Notes: a model not told the origin generated them from the letters alone. A DNA stretch of 44,088 nucleotides from an uncultured Nitrospiraceae bacterium (GCA_947085205.1 CAMTVO010000034.1:1-44088); one strand, 5' to 3'. Shown: positions 17,814-26,457, counted from the first letter of the stretch. Made by a program: numbers and translations.

Positions 17814-18221
17814 ATGAGACGCACAAAAGTAGTATCGCCTATCTTCATCAAGAAAGGCAAGGGAAATGACGGCAAGGTATTGGTCGTCATGTTGGTATTA
17901 ATCTTAATGGTTGCACTGTTTAGTATGGCTGCAACCGCAAAGGCAGCGACAGAGGCGCCAGTGGAAGATATAGTAGAGAATAAGGCAACGTGCACAGTGA
18001 CATATTTTACAGAAAAAGGTGGAAAATATATCACAAAAAAACATGCAGCGAATATCAACGAAATATTGACAGTACTACATCGCAACATTGCTGACGAGGT
18101 AACGACAAAGGACAGTAAGTGGGGAGAAATAGGGGTTGACTGCGACATCGACAGACCTGTCTATGATGAAATGGCAGGAAGAACGGTAAGGGGTTTTGCC
18201 TTTATTTTTTCTTTGAAGTAA
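17814..18221 (+). CDS. Hypothetical exported protein
   Basis: RBS GGGGTG. Hydrophobic segment followed by an AxA cleavage-like site. Confidence 0.65.
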   Translation: MRRTKVVSPIFIKKGKGNDGKVLVVMLVLILMVALFSMAATAKAATEAPVEDIVENKATCTVTYFTEKGGKYITKKHAANINEILTVLHRNIADEVTTKDSKWGEIGVDCDIDRPVYDEMAGRTVRGFAFIFSLK

Positions 18222-18274
18222 AATTTAACGGGGCGGTTTCCGCCCCTTAATATCAGAAAGGAGAAAGGGCGACC

Positions 18275-19465
18275 ATGAAAAGAGTAATTGCAAGTATTGT
18301 ATCATTTTTGGTAGTGATAATTACTACTAATACAGAGGCAGGCTATTGGAGCATTCACTGCGAGAATGCCTCATGTGTAGCCTCTCAGGGTGCGCTGAAA
18401 GTATACTGGATGGCAGCAGGAATAAATAATATATATCAGGGCAAACTTACCGGTGTAGAGGGAATACCTATCTCAATCGAAGACTATCAGGCGGTAGAGA
18501 AAAAGATTGAATCCACTATTGAAAAGACCATAACACGCAAGAAAGGATCAGACACCAATGTTAAGGCTGATGCTCCAGAGGGCACGGGCGGACCATCGGC
18601 AGGCAGAACAGACAGCAAAGAAAACCTATTTTCCAAAAAGCGTTCAATGTCACAGAGTAAGACAATGGGTAAGAAAGTCAATGTGGATTACACACTTGCC
18701 TTTGTCGAGTGGCTGGGAGACACAAGATTTATTTTAGATAAAAGCATTAAGCGATATTGGGTAGCAGCAGAAATGGCTTTAAATGCGTATAAAAACGGAA
18801 ACATAGAGGAATTAATAGAACAGTTTTTCATCGCAAGAAACGCTGAGGCAATAGAGGACGTGGCCGTGAACGCAAAGCTTACGGACGAAACTAAAGCATT
18901 GATAATGACTAAGTATATAGGGCTTACAAGATTTCCTTTAGCTCTACCAACAGTGAGATATGCACTCGCAAGCCAAGCGGTGTATAACATTAGTAATAAT
19001 ACGGAAGAGGCAGTGAAGGTATCCAATGAATATAAACAAGATATGGAGAATCTTTCGATGCTAATAAGACCAGGGCAGACAGCACTGAAATTGTATAAGT
19101 CCAACCCCGAGCTTGCTTTTCTTAAATGGTTAGCTGATAATCATCGTTTTGTGAAGAATATCAATGATATGCCTTTAGAGGACAAATATCTGGTGGCCAT
19201 TAGTGTTTTTAGGGAAATCAAAGCTGACCTTTTGGATGACGCAGATAAAAGCTTTTTTAAAGAAGAAAGGCAGGAATTCGAGGCAGCAATCAAGGCAAAG
19301 GATAAAAGCGTTCAGATTGTAACAGTCAAGGGCAGTCCAATCCCTGTAATTCCTGTAATTTCAATTGTGGCAGTATCAGCAGTGATAATCGGAGCGATAT
19401 ATATTGGAACCCGGGCTAACCGGAAAAAGAAAAATAACACGCAGGAGGTAATCAATGAGGGTTAA
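18275..19465 (+). CDS. Hypothetical protein with signal peptide and C-terminal TM anchor
   Basis: 396-aa ORF with an N-terminal signal, a C-terminal hydrophobic helix and a basic tail. Confidence 0.75.
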   Translation: MKRVIASIVSFLVVIITTNTEAGYWSIHCENASCVASQGALKVYWMAAGINNIYQGKLTGVEGIPISIEDYQAVEKKIESTIEKTITRKKGSDTNVKADAPEGTGGPSAGRTDSKENLFSKKRSMSQSKTMGKKVNVDYTLAFVEWLGDTRFILDKSIKRYWVAAEMALNAYKNGNIEELIEQFFIARNAEAIEDVAVNAKLTDETKALIMTKYIGLTRFPLALPTVRYALASQAVYNISNNTEEAVKVSNEYKQDMENLSMLIRPGQTALKLYKSNPELAFLKWLADNHRFVKNINDMPLEDKYLVAISVFREIKADLLDDADKSFFKEERQEFEAAIKAKDKSVQIVTVKGSPIPVIPVISIVAVSAVIIGAIYIGTRANRKKKNNTQEVINEG

Positions 19466-20111
19466 CAATATGTTAGTGTCGTGTGTGCTTTTTGTTTTTT
19501 TTGCGGCGGCGACTGCACACGCTATTGAGATTAGTGAAGACCTTAAAACAGCCCTGCTTAAAATGATAGAAAAAGCTACAAAAGTTGATGTGGTAATGGA
19601 TAGAGAGGATATAAGAAAAGAAGTATTACATTCAGCGCTTATAACTGCATCTATGCGTGTATCTGCTGATAGGTTATTAGATGAATACAGAGATGGAAAA
19701 TTAACATTTCTTGAAATTTTAATGACTCCTCCCTCAGGAGATGTTCAAATGCCCGTAGTTGAGAAAACTTTATGTTTTCTGTTTTTGAAAGACATAGCTC
19801 TACTACAGGGAGACAAAAATAAGGCTAAAAAATACGTAAACATGGCAGAAAAAAATGCACAGGACGGGATAAATTACTATTCTAAAATAGGGCAAAAAGG
19901 CAGTATTATAGCTATGTATAATCTGTATATGTATAACGAGATTTTAAAAGCATTTGCGCCTTCTTTTGCTGCTCCAATTGGACAGAAGGATATAGAAAAT
20001 GCTAAACGAATTATATCGGAATCGGATTATTTACGAGAGCGGAGCCTTGCTTTAGAGAATGCGATAACACAGTGGAATAAAAACATTTCAAAAATTCCTA
20101 AAAAACCGTAA
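19455..20111 (+). CDS. Hypothetical secreted helical protein
   Basis: RBS AGGAGGT. Signal peptide ending AHA. Confidence 0.7.
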   Translation: MRVNNMLVSCVLFVFFAAATAHAIEISEDLKTALLKMIEKATKVDVVMDREDIRKEVLHSALITASMRVSADRLLDEYRDGKLTFLEILMTPPSGDVQMPVVEKTLCFLFLKDIALLQGDKNKAKKYVNMAEKNAQDGINYYSKIGQKGSIIAMYNLYMYNEILKAFAPSFAAPIGQKDIENAKRIISESDYLRERSLALENAITQWNKNISKIPKKP

Positions 20112-20133
20112 TCAATCCACCTCTCAATCCCCA

Positions 20134-20166
20134 CAGGACGGGCGCTTAAGCCTGTCCTTTTTTTTC
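20134..20166 (+). terminator. Intrinsic terminator
   Basis: AGGACGGGC..GCCTGTCCT stem followed by a T-tract. Confidence 0.75.
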
Positions 20167-20198
20167 TTATAGGCAAAGAGCAAATGCATATATATCAC

Positions 20199-20768
20199 AT
20201 GCGCACGCTTGTGATAATATTTTTCCTGCTGATACCTATGACAGCGGAATGCACAACAATCATAATCCCCGGCAGTAATACCGGCGCCGAACAAATGGCA
20301 TCCTTGCAGGCGAATATCCCCGCAGCTATCGTCATATATCCTGTTACGATGATGCCGTTATCTGCCGCGGCAGAAAGCATAAAATCGCAATTAGACGCTC
20401 AAAAAATTGAAACCGTTGAAACCATAATCGGCTATTCATGGGGAGGGCTAATTGCTCGCGAATTATCCGGCCGATATCCTAAACTGCAAGTCAAGAAAAT
20501 AATCCAGATAGGCACGCCGAACGGCGGATATAAGCACGCTCCGTCATTCATTTTTCGCACCTTGCAAACAAGCGCTGATATATACATAATCGCCGGAGCG
20601 TCCAGTTCAAGAAAATGGTATCTAACGGGGTTAAACGACGGCACGGTAGACCTCGACTCGGTCCTGTCTATACCATCGAAAGAACACGTTATTTTTAATC
20701 TCAATCACGCCGAACTGGTCCGCGATATTGCCGTCATTCAAAAAATTATTCAGTGGATGAAAAAATAA
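20199..20768 (+). CDS. Small secreted alpha/beta hydrolase (lipase/esterase-like)
   Basis: GYSWGG nucleophile elbow, IGTPNGG, NDGTV (Asp) and LNH (His). Signal-like N-terminus. The start could be 20184 or 20199. Confidence 0.8.
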   Translation: MRTLVIIFFLLIPMTAECTTIIIPGSNTGAEQMASLQANIPAAIVIYPVTMMPLSAAAESIKSQLDAQKIETVETIIGYSWGGLIARELSGRYPKLQVKKIIQIGTPNGGYKHAPSFIFRTLQTSADIYIIAGASSSRKWYLTGLNDGTVDLDSVLSIPSKEHVIFNLNHAELVRDIAVIQKIIQWMKK

Positions 20769-20772
20769 AACG

Positions 20773-20841
20773 CATGCTCGCACTTTCAGCACCCAAAAGT
20801 GCGAGCATGTAAGCACTTTTTGACCCCAAAAGTGCGAGCAT
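20773..20841. repeat. Combined inverted and direct repeats (AAAGTGCGAGCAT)
   Basis: 14-bp inverted repeat at 20773-20786/20796-20809, and 17-bp direct repeat CCCAAAAGTGCGAGCAT at 20792 and 20825. Confidence 0.85.
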
Positions 20842-20911
20842 TTTCAGTCCAGAAAAAAACGAAAAAGCAAAATGCATATATATGTATATCTTATTTCAAG
20901 GGGGTGTGTAA

Positions 20912-21163
20912 GTGATGAAAGAACTCAGGGAAAGTATCAAGGAAATGGCGCAGGCAGTGAGAGAGACAGCAATACTCATGTATTCTGTATCACCTAGGTT
21001 GGTAGTAATGATGGGCATGGGAACGTCCTATCTCGCAGGCGTGACATTGCCTGCGTGGACGGGACTGTTGGCAATAGGGATAGTGGCATATTCAATCTAT
21101 AAATTTCAGAGAGCCATACACCGTAAGGCGATGGAAGAAGTAGAGAGTGAGGGCAAGGAATGA
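20912..21163 (+). CDS. Small membrane protein
   Basis: RBS GGGGGTG. Two hydrophobic segments. Confidence 0.6.
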   Translation: MMKELRESIKEMAQAVRETAILMYSVSPRLVVMMGMGTSYLAGVTLPAWTGLLAIGIVAYSIYKFQRAIHRKAMEEVESEGKE

Positions 21164-21477
21164 AAGCAATACCACTGTGCTTGATATCGCTATTTCTGTT
21201 CCTATCGTCTTGCTCTCCGCGCGTCAGCATAAACATTAGTCCTCCGCGACTAATTAATATAGCAAGCTGCGAGATGGTGGGCGCAAAAGAAGAATTAATC
21301 ATAGCTATTCTGGGCGCAGCAAAGCGGAAAGCGGAAAAGGACGGATATACAATCCGCACTTTCCCGGCAGGGAAGAAGACAGGCTGGAGAGAAATCACAA
21401 TAGTAAGTATGAACGACATAGTAGTGGACGCATATTGTGTTCCCACGCTATATGTATCACGAGGAGGTGAAAACTAA
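21160..21477 (+). CDS. Putative lipoprotein
   Basis: Signal peptide with lipobox LSSC. Confidence 0.65.
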   Translation: MKAIPLCLISLFLFLSSCSPRVSINISPPRLINIASCEMVGAKEELIIAILGAAKRKAEKDGYTIRTFPAGKKTGWREITIVSMNDIVVDAYCVPTLYVSRGGEN

Positions 21478-21770
21478 TGAGTAAACTTTTAACACCAGCA
21501 GAAGTGGCGGAAATGCTTAGTATAGCTCCTATCACGCTATATCAAATGGTGCACTATGGCCGCATACCCGCGGTGAAAATATCTGCGAGATGTCTGAGGT
21601 TCCGGGCAGAAGACATCCAGAAGTGGATCGCCGAGAAGACGCACGGGGTTAATCCACGCCCAATGGCACGGGTAAAAGGTGGCAAGCGTGGCAGGCCACG
21701 TAAGAACACTGCAGAAAAGGCGAGGGTGGACGCAATCGTAGAACAGGCAAGGCAGGATCATCATGCATAG
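21477..21770 (+). CDS. xis: Excisionase-type HTH (HTH_17/AlpA-like) with AT-hook
   Basis: LLTPAEVAEML.I...TLY....GRIPAVKI...LRF...DI..WI and KRGRPRK. Confidence 0.85.
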   Translation: MSKLLTPAEVAEMLSIAPITLYQMVHYGRIPAVKISARCLRFRAEDIQKWIAEKTHGVNPRPMARVKGGKRGRPRKNTAEKARVDAIVEQARQDHHA

Positions 21771-22008
21771 GTGCTCTATATTCTGCAAGGACGCCGCCTG
21801 TATCGCTGAGGTGCTGGAAGATAACCATGTCCAGTGCCTAACCGACATGGTAGTGAACCGCACACAGGCGATGTCAGGGGCGATCGAAATACTACTAAAG
21901 GAAAAGCAGGAATGCCTTGAACCTGATATTGTTGAACTCCTAAAGTCAATCAAGAACGACATACAGGAGTTAGGATCCTTCATAAGGAGACTAAATAATC
22001 ATGACTGA
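21763..22008 (+). CDS. Hypothetical protein
   Basis: Overlapping ORF in the xis operon. Confidence 0.5.
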   Translation: MHRCSIFCKDAACIAEVLEDNHVQCLTDMVVNRTQAMSGAIEILLKEKQECLEPDIVELLKSIKNDIQELGSFIRRLNNHD

Positions 22009-22195
22009 ATACAACTACCTTGATGGGAAGAAAACGGTCCTGACAGCGGATGGCAAGACGCCTCATATCCGCATTGTTCGAGGCCTTAACGAAGAAATAA
22101 TAAATATTTTAGGCGCGGCAGGACGGCTTAAGGGCGAGGCACTGGAAGACTACCAAAAAAGAAAGGGGAAAAATAACAATGCAGGGAGAACTTGA
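22001..22195 (+). CDS. Hypothetical protein
   Basis: RBS AAGGAG. Overlapping ORF chain. Confidence 0.5.
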   Translation: MTEYNYLDGKKTVLTADGKTPHIRIVRGLNEEIINILGAAGRLKGEALEDYQKRKGKNNNAGRT

Positions 22196-22370
22196 ACATA
22201 TACCTGAGGAACTGGAGAGGCCTATCACAAAGTGGGAAAAGGCCATATGTCCTATATGCGGAAAGGAATACATACACAGCAGGTTTTACCATCCGAAAAC
22301 TTGCCTATCCCTTAAGTGCATACTGAAAGAGAGAGGAGAAGAGAACGATGAAACCAATCAAAGCAATTAG
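22179..22370 (+). CDS. Small zinc-finger protein
   Basis: CPICGKEY...TCLSLKC. Confidence 0.55.
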   Translation: MQGELEHIPEELERPITKWEKAICPICGKEYIHSRFYHPKTCLSLKCILKERGEENDETNQSN

Positions 22371-22671
22371 GGGTAAGTGCATAGATTGTGCACACGATCT
22401 TAAGGGCGTGAGAGAGTGCAAAGAAGATAATTGTCCTTTGCACGAACTCCGTATGGGGAAAGGCGGGGGCACGCGTCTAAAAAAAATCAGGTTATACTGT
22501 TTATGGTGCACTAACAAGCAACCGGTAGAGGTAGCAGCATGTCCGTCTATAGAGTGTCCTCTATGGCATTACAGATCTGGTAAAAGACCTCATAAAACCG
22601 TTTCTATTGCTAAAAATCCCTCTATTACACACGGTTTAAAAGATGAACAGCTCAAACTAATACCAACATAG
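22348..22671 (+). CDS. Cys-rich protein with two tandem CxxC..Cx4CPL domains
   Basis: IRGKCIDC..V.ECKEDNCPLHELR.GK and IRLYCLWC..V.ACPSIECPLWHYR.GK. RBS GAGGAG. Confidence 0.7.
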   Translation: MKPIKAIRGKCIDCAHDLKGVRECKEDNCPLHELRMGKGGGTRLKKIRLYCLWCTNKQPVEVAACPSIECPLWHYRSGKRPHKTVSIAKNPSITHGLKDEQLKLIPT

Positions 22672-22717
22672 CCACCTGTAACCGTGACATGTTTTAACCG
22701 CAGTAATAAACAGTTTT

Positions 22718-22747
22718 TTTACAAAGAGAGGTAAAACTATGTATAAT
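22718..22747 (+). promoter_or_regulatory. Sigma-70-type promoter of integrase
   Basis: TTTACA-N18-TATAAT. Confidence 0.5.
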
Positions 22748-22805
22748 TTAGGTAGCTCTTTGACAACGGATTTGCAGGGCCCACGGGTTAATAAGGAGAA
22801 AACCT

Positions 22806-23882
22806 ATGGGACTCTATAAGAGAAAAAACACATACTGGATGAGTTTTTCCTACAAGGGCAGGCAATACCAGCGCAGCACAGGCACAACGGATAAGGCAAT
22901 TGCACAGCGCATACACGATGCCGTCCGTGGCAGGATAGCATTAGGGCAATGGATACCTGAAGAACAGGCTATTGAATATACCTTTGATGACCTTATGGAA
23001 AAATTCATGAAAGAACACGCGCCAAAGCGAGAACCCGCAACGCAGAGAATGTATGCCAATTCATTTAAAAATCTCAAGCAGTTTTTTCAGGGGATGCCTT
23101 TATCACGCATAACTCCAAAGGCCATTACTGAATACATGCACAAACGCCTTGACAGCGGTGTATCTATAGCTACAGCCAACAGGGACTTTGCTGCACTTTC
23201 TAAAGCCATGAACCTTGCATGGAAACGGTGGGAATGGTGCAAAGAAAACCCATGTATCAAAGTACAGAAAGAACCGGAAAACAACAAGGTTTTGAGGTGG
23301 CTATCTCAGGAAGAGGAAGACAGGCTCATGGCTGCTGCTAATGGATTGATTGACGGGCAGTTAACGGAGATATTAACCATCGCACTGTATACCGGGATGA
23401 GACAGGGAGAGATCCTTGATTTGAAATGGGAGAACATAGACCTCTTTAGAAAGACCATTCTAATACGGAAATCCAAGAACAAAGAACCACGAACCATTCC
23501 AATGAACCAGACAGTTAGCCGAATGCTGATATCCATGAGCAAGGTAATGAGTATGTCAGGATACGTGTTTACCACACAGGGCAGGAAGATGAAATTCAGA
23601 AACCTCATGAGGGCCTTTTATATCGCTCTGAAAAAGGCAAATATCGAGAAATTCCGTTTTCACGACCTCAGACATACCTTTGCGACCCGGCTTGTTCAGG
23701 CAGGCGTTGATTTGTATTCCGTAGCAAAACTTTTAGGCCATAAGGATATAAAAACCACACAGAGATATTCTCACCATTCAGTAGAGAGTGTCAGACAGTA
23801 CGTTACAGTGCTGGATAATTTTTCAGAAAAAAATGACGCTGAAAAAGAACCCCAAAAACTTGATTTTTCTGCCAATTTTTGA
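22806..23882 (+). CDS. int: Tyrosine recombinase (phage-type integrase)
   Basis: TGMRQGEI (R), SKN (K), FHDLRHT (HxxR) and LLGH..IKTTQRY (H, Y). N-terminal arm-binding beta domain. Adjacent to attR. Confidence 0.96.
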   Translation: MGLYKRKNTYWMSFSYKGRQYQRSTGTTDKAIAQRIHDAVRGRIALGQWIPEEQAIEYTFDDLMEKFMKEHAPKREPATQRMYANSFKNLKQFFQGMPLSRITPKAITEYMHKRLDSGVSIATANRDFAALSKAMNLAWKRWEWCKENPCIKVQKEPENNKVLRWLSQEEEDRLMAAANGLIDGQLTEILTIALYTGMRQGEILDLKWENIDLFRKTILIRKSKNKEPRTIPMNQTVSRMLISMSKVMSMSGYVFTTQGRKMKFRNLMRAFYIALKKANIEKFRFHDLRHTFATRLVQAGVDLYSVAKLLGHKDIKTTQRYSHHSVESVRQYVTVLDNFSEKNDAEKEPQKLDFSANF

Positions 23883-23913
23883 CCCTGTTTATGACAAATT
23901 TATGACACTGATA

Positions 23914-23922
23914 TGTTATAAT
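23914..23922 (+). promoter_or_regulatory. Element-borne extended -10 promoter upstream of the intact tRNA
   Basis: TGtTATAAT ending 41 bp before the tRNA. Confidence 0.6.
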
Positions 23923-23963
23923 ATACCTCACTCATTCCAAAAACCGTTACATATCAGTTACTT

Positions 23964-24035
23964 GCCGGGATAGCACAGTGGTAGTGCAGCTGATTCGTAA
24001 TCAGCAGGTCGAGGGTTCGAATCCCTTTCCCGGCT
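23964..24035 (+). tRNA. tRNA-Thr(CGT), contains attR
   Basis: Full cloverleaf: GCCGGGA/TCCCGGC acceptor, GCAC/GTGC D-stem, GCTGA-TTCGTAA-TCAGC anticodon arm and TTCGAAT T-loop. CCA is not encoded. Confidence 0.97.
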
Positions 24036-24254
24036 TTATAGGAGTTGCGCTTATTGCTCCCGGCAGAAGACATGAAGATATTTATTTGAGAACTAAGCGA
24101 TTAGACCGTCTTTAAAGTTTCCCGCTTAAAATCCCGATAACAAAATAGTCAATTTTATGACAGATAGGTTTAATTCAATGTCAATTTGCACGAAAATCAA
24201 AATCAATGTAAGAAAAATAAAATTATATTTCAATCGGTTATGTATCTTAAATGA

Positions 24255-24270
24255 TGGCATGGTTATTGCT
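24255..24270 (+). promoter_or_regulatory. Sigma-54 (-24/-12) promoter of the pse cluster
   Basis: TGGCAtggttaTTGCT with GG-N10-GC spacing, 50 bp before the pseB start. Confidence 0.7.
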
Positions 24271-24320
24271 TATTTATACTGTTCTGCAAAAATAAAATAA
24301 CAGCATATTAGGAGACAGGC

Positions 24321-25316
24321 ATGTTTAATGACAAAGTAATACTAATTACTGGCGGCACAGGGTCATTTGGTAAAAAATTCACACATTATGCGCTGACAAA
24401 CTATAAACCTAAGAAGATTATTATCTTCAGCAGGGATGAGTTTAAGCAGTTTGAGATGTCCCGCGTCTTTCCAGACACAAAATATCCTGTAAGATATTTC
24501 TTGGGAGATATAAGGGATAGGGAGCGGTTGTACAGGGCATTTGATGGTGTTGATTATGTAGTTCATGCAGCAGCGATTAAACAGGTTCCAGCGGCTGAAT
24601 ATAACCCTTTTGAAGCAGTAAAGACTAATATACTGGGCGCCCAGAATATTATTGAAGCAGCTATAGACATGAGCGTGAAAAAGGTTATTGCCTTATCCAC
24701 AGACAAGGCTGTCAGCCCGATTAACCTCTACGGAGCTACAAAGCTTGCTATGGAGAAATTATTTGTAGCAGCCAATGCCTATGTAGGCACACGTGATACA
24801 TCCTTCGCTGTTGTCAGATACGGCAATGTGATTGGCAGCAGGGGAAGCGTTATCCCACTGTTTAAAAACATGATAGAAAGCGGCAGAAAAAAACTGCCTG
24901 TTACAGACGAGAGGATGACGAGATTTTGGATAACACTTTTTCAGGGAGTGGAGCTTGTCTGCAAGGCAGTGAAAGACAGTATTGGCGGCGAGGTCTTTGT
25001 GCCAAAGATACCGAGCATGAAGATAACAGACCTTGTAAATGCAATGTGTTCTGAGTGTGAATATGAGGTTGTCGGCATCAGACCAGGTGAAAAATTACAC
25101 GAGACATTAATTTCAGAAGACGAAGGCAGAAATACTATTGATATGGGCGATGTTTATATTATTTTGCCCCAGTTTGTTTTTAAAGAGATTGAGTTTGATA
25201 AATACTCTGCGCATACCAAAATGCCTGATGGATTTTCTTACCGCAGTGATAAAAACAATCAATGGCTGAATGCAGAAAGCATTTCATTTATGATTCAGGA
25301 GATTGAAGTTGACTGA
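24321..25316 (+). CDS. pseB: UDP-GlcNAc 4,6-dehydratase (inverting)
   Basis: ITGGTGSFG, SRDEFKQ, KQVPAAEYNP, STDKA..P.NLYGATK and RYGNV.GSRGSV. Confidence 0.93.
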   Translation: MFNDKVILITGGTGSFGKKFTHYALTNYKPKKIIIFSRDEFKQFEMSRVFPDTKYPVRYFLGDIRDRERLYRAFDGVDYVVHAAAIKQVPAAEYNPFEAVKTNILGAQNIIEAAIDMSVKKVIALSTDKAVSPINLYGATKLAMEKLFVAANAYVGTRDTSFAVVRYGNVIGSRGSVIPLFKNMIESGRKKLPVTDERMTRFWITLFQGVELVCKAVKDSIGGEVFVPKIPSMKITDLVNAMCSECEYEVVGIRPGEKLHETLISEDEGRNTIDMGDVYIILPQFVFKEIEFDKYSAHTKMPDGFSYRSDKNNQWLNAESISFMIQEIEVD

Positions 25317-26457
25317 TTTCATTCCTTATGGAAGACATTTCATAGATGAGGATGATATAGCCGCCGTAGTCTCTGTCCTCAAATCAGACCATCTTACGCA
25401 AGGCCCGGCTGTTGATGCATTTGAATCAGGGCTTTCCAAATATGCGGGAGTGAAGTACGCGGTTGTCTTTTCCTCCGGCACGGCGGCTTTGCATGCCGCT
25501 TACTTTGCCGCCGGCATAAAGGCAGAAGACGAAATGATTACTTCTCCCATAACCTTTGCCGCTACAGCCAACGCAGGTCTTTATCTAGGGGCTAAACCGG
25601 TTTTTGTGGATGTGAAGAAGGATACCGGAAATATAGACTTTTCAAGCATCGAGGGAAAGATTAATGATAAAACAAAAGTGATAGTTCCTGTTCATTATGC
25701 AGGACATCCTGTTGATTTGGAGCAGATAGCCGGAATAGCACAAAAACGCGGCATTATTGTGATTGAGGACGCTTGCCATGCTTTAGGGGCAAAATACACG
25801 GATTTCAGTATAGGCGATTGTAAGTACTCCGATATGGTTGTCTTCAGCTTCCACCCGGTAAAGCATATTACTACAGGAGAGGGCGGCGCTGTTATGACTA
25901 ACAACAGAGATTATTACGAAAAGCTTCTTATTTTCAGAACACACGGCATAACAAGAAAGGATTTTGTGAATGAACCTCACGGCGACTGGTACTACGAAAT
26001 GAAGTTTTTGGGATACAACTACAGGATGACGGATATTCAAGCAGCGCTCGGCATGTCGCAGCTAAAAAAGCTTGATGGATTTATTTCAAGGAGAAGAGAG
26101 ATAGCAGATATTTACAACAAAGCCTTTAAGGATAACCCTTACTTCGATATGCCGGTAGAAATGGATTATGCCTTTCATTCTTATCACCTTTATCCTATAA
26201 GACTTAAAGACGAATACAAGGAAAAAAAGAAAGAGATATTCATAAGATTGAAACAAAACGGTCTCGGGGTTCAGGTTCATTATATCCCTGTCTATTTGCA
26301 GCCTTATTATCAAAGATTAGGATTTAAAAGCGGATTGTGTCCTTATGCCGAAGACTTTTATCAGAGAGAGATCAGCATCCCTCTTTATCCTTCAATGAAT
26401 GACGAAGATGTAGCGGCTGTAGTTGAGAGGATAAAAGAGGTTTTCAAAGGATTATGA
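25303..26457 (+). CDS. pseC: UDP-4-amino-4,6-dideoxy-AltNAc aminotransferase
   Basis: IPYGRH, LTQGP, EDACHALG, FSFHPVKHITTGEGG and GYNYRMTD. It follows pseB. Confidence 0.9.
   Translation: MKLTDFIPYGRHFIDEDDIAAVVSVLKSDHLTQGPAVDAFESGLSKYAGVKYAVVFSSGTAALHAAYFAAGIKAEDEMITSPITFAATANAGLYLGAKPVFVDVKKDTGNIDFSSIEGKINDKTKVIVPVHYAGHPVDLEQIAGIAQKRGIIVIEDACHALGAKYTDFSIGDCKYSDMVVFSFHPVKHITTGEGGAVMTNNRDYYEKLLIFRTHGITRKDFVNEPHGDWYYEMKFLGYNYRMTDIQAALGMSQLKKLDGFISRRREIADIYNKAFKDNPYFDMPVEMDYAFHSYHLYPIRLKDEYKEKKKEIFIRLKQNGLGVQVHYIPVYLQPYYQRLGFKSGLCPYAEDFYQREISIPLYPSMNDEDVAAVVERIKEVFKGL

Larger units (their letters stand above)
4807..24001 (+). mobile_element. Integrative mobilizable element (~19.2 kb) in tRNA-Thr(CGT)
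   Basis: Flanking tRNA direct repeats, tyrosine integrase next to attR, excisionase, MOBF relaxase, coupling protein and replication module. No VirB4 or other MPF gene was recognised. Confidence 0.93.

Noticed and set aside
6221..20887. AATGCATATATAT repeats as a CRISPR array or integron attC sites
   Set aside because: Spacing is irregular (0.7-4 kb). No cas genes, no GTTRRRY/attC hairpins and no IntI-specific features were seen.
4807..24001. Prophage or complete ICE
   Set aside because: No capsid, terminase or tail genes and no VirB4/MPF genes were recognised.
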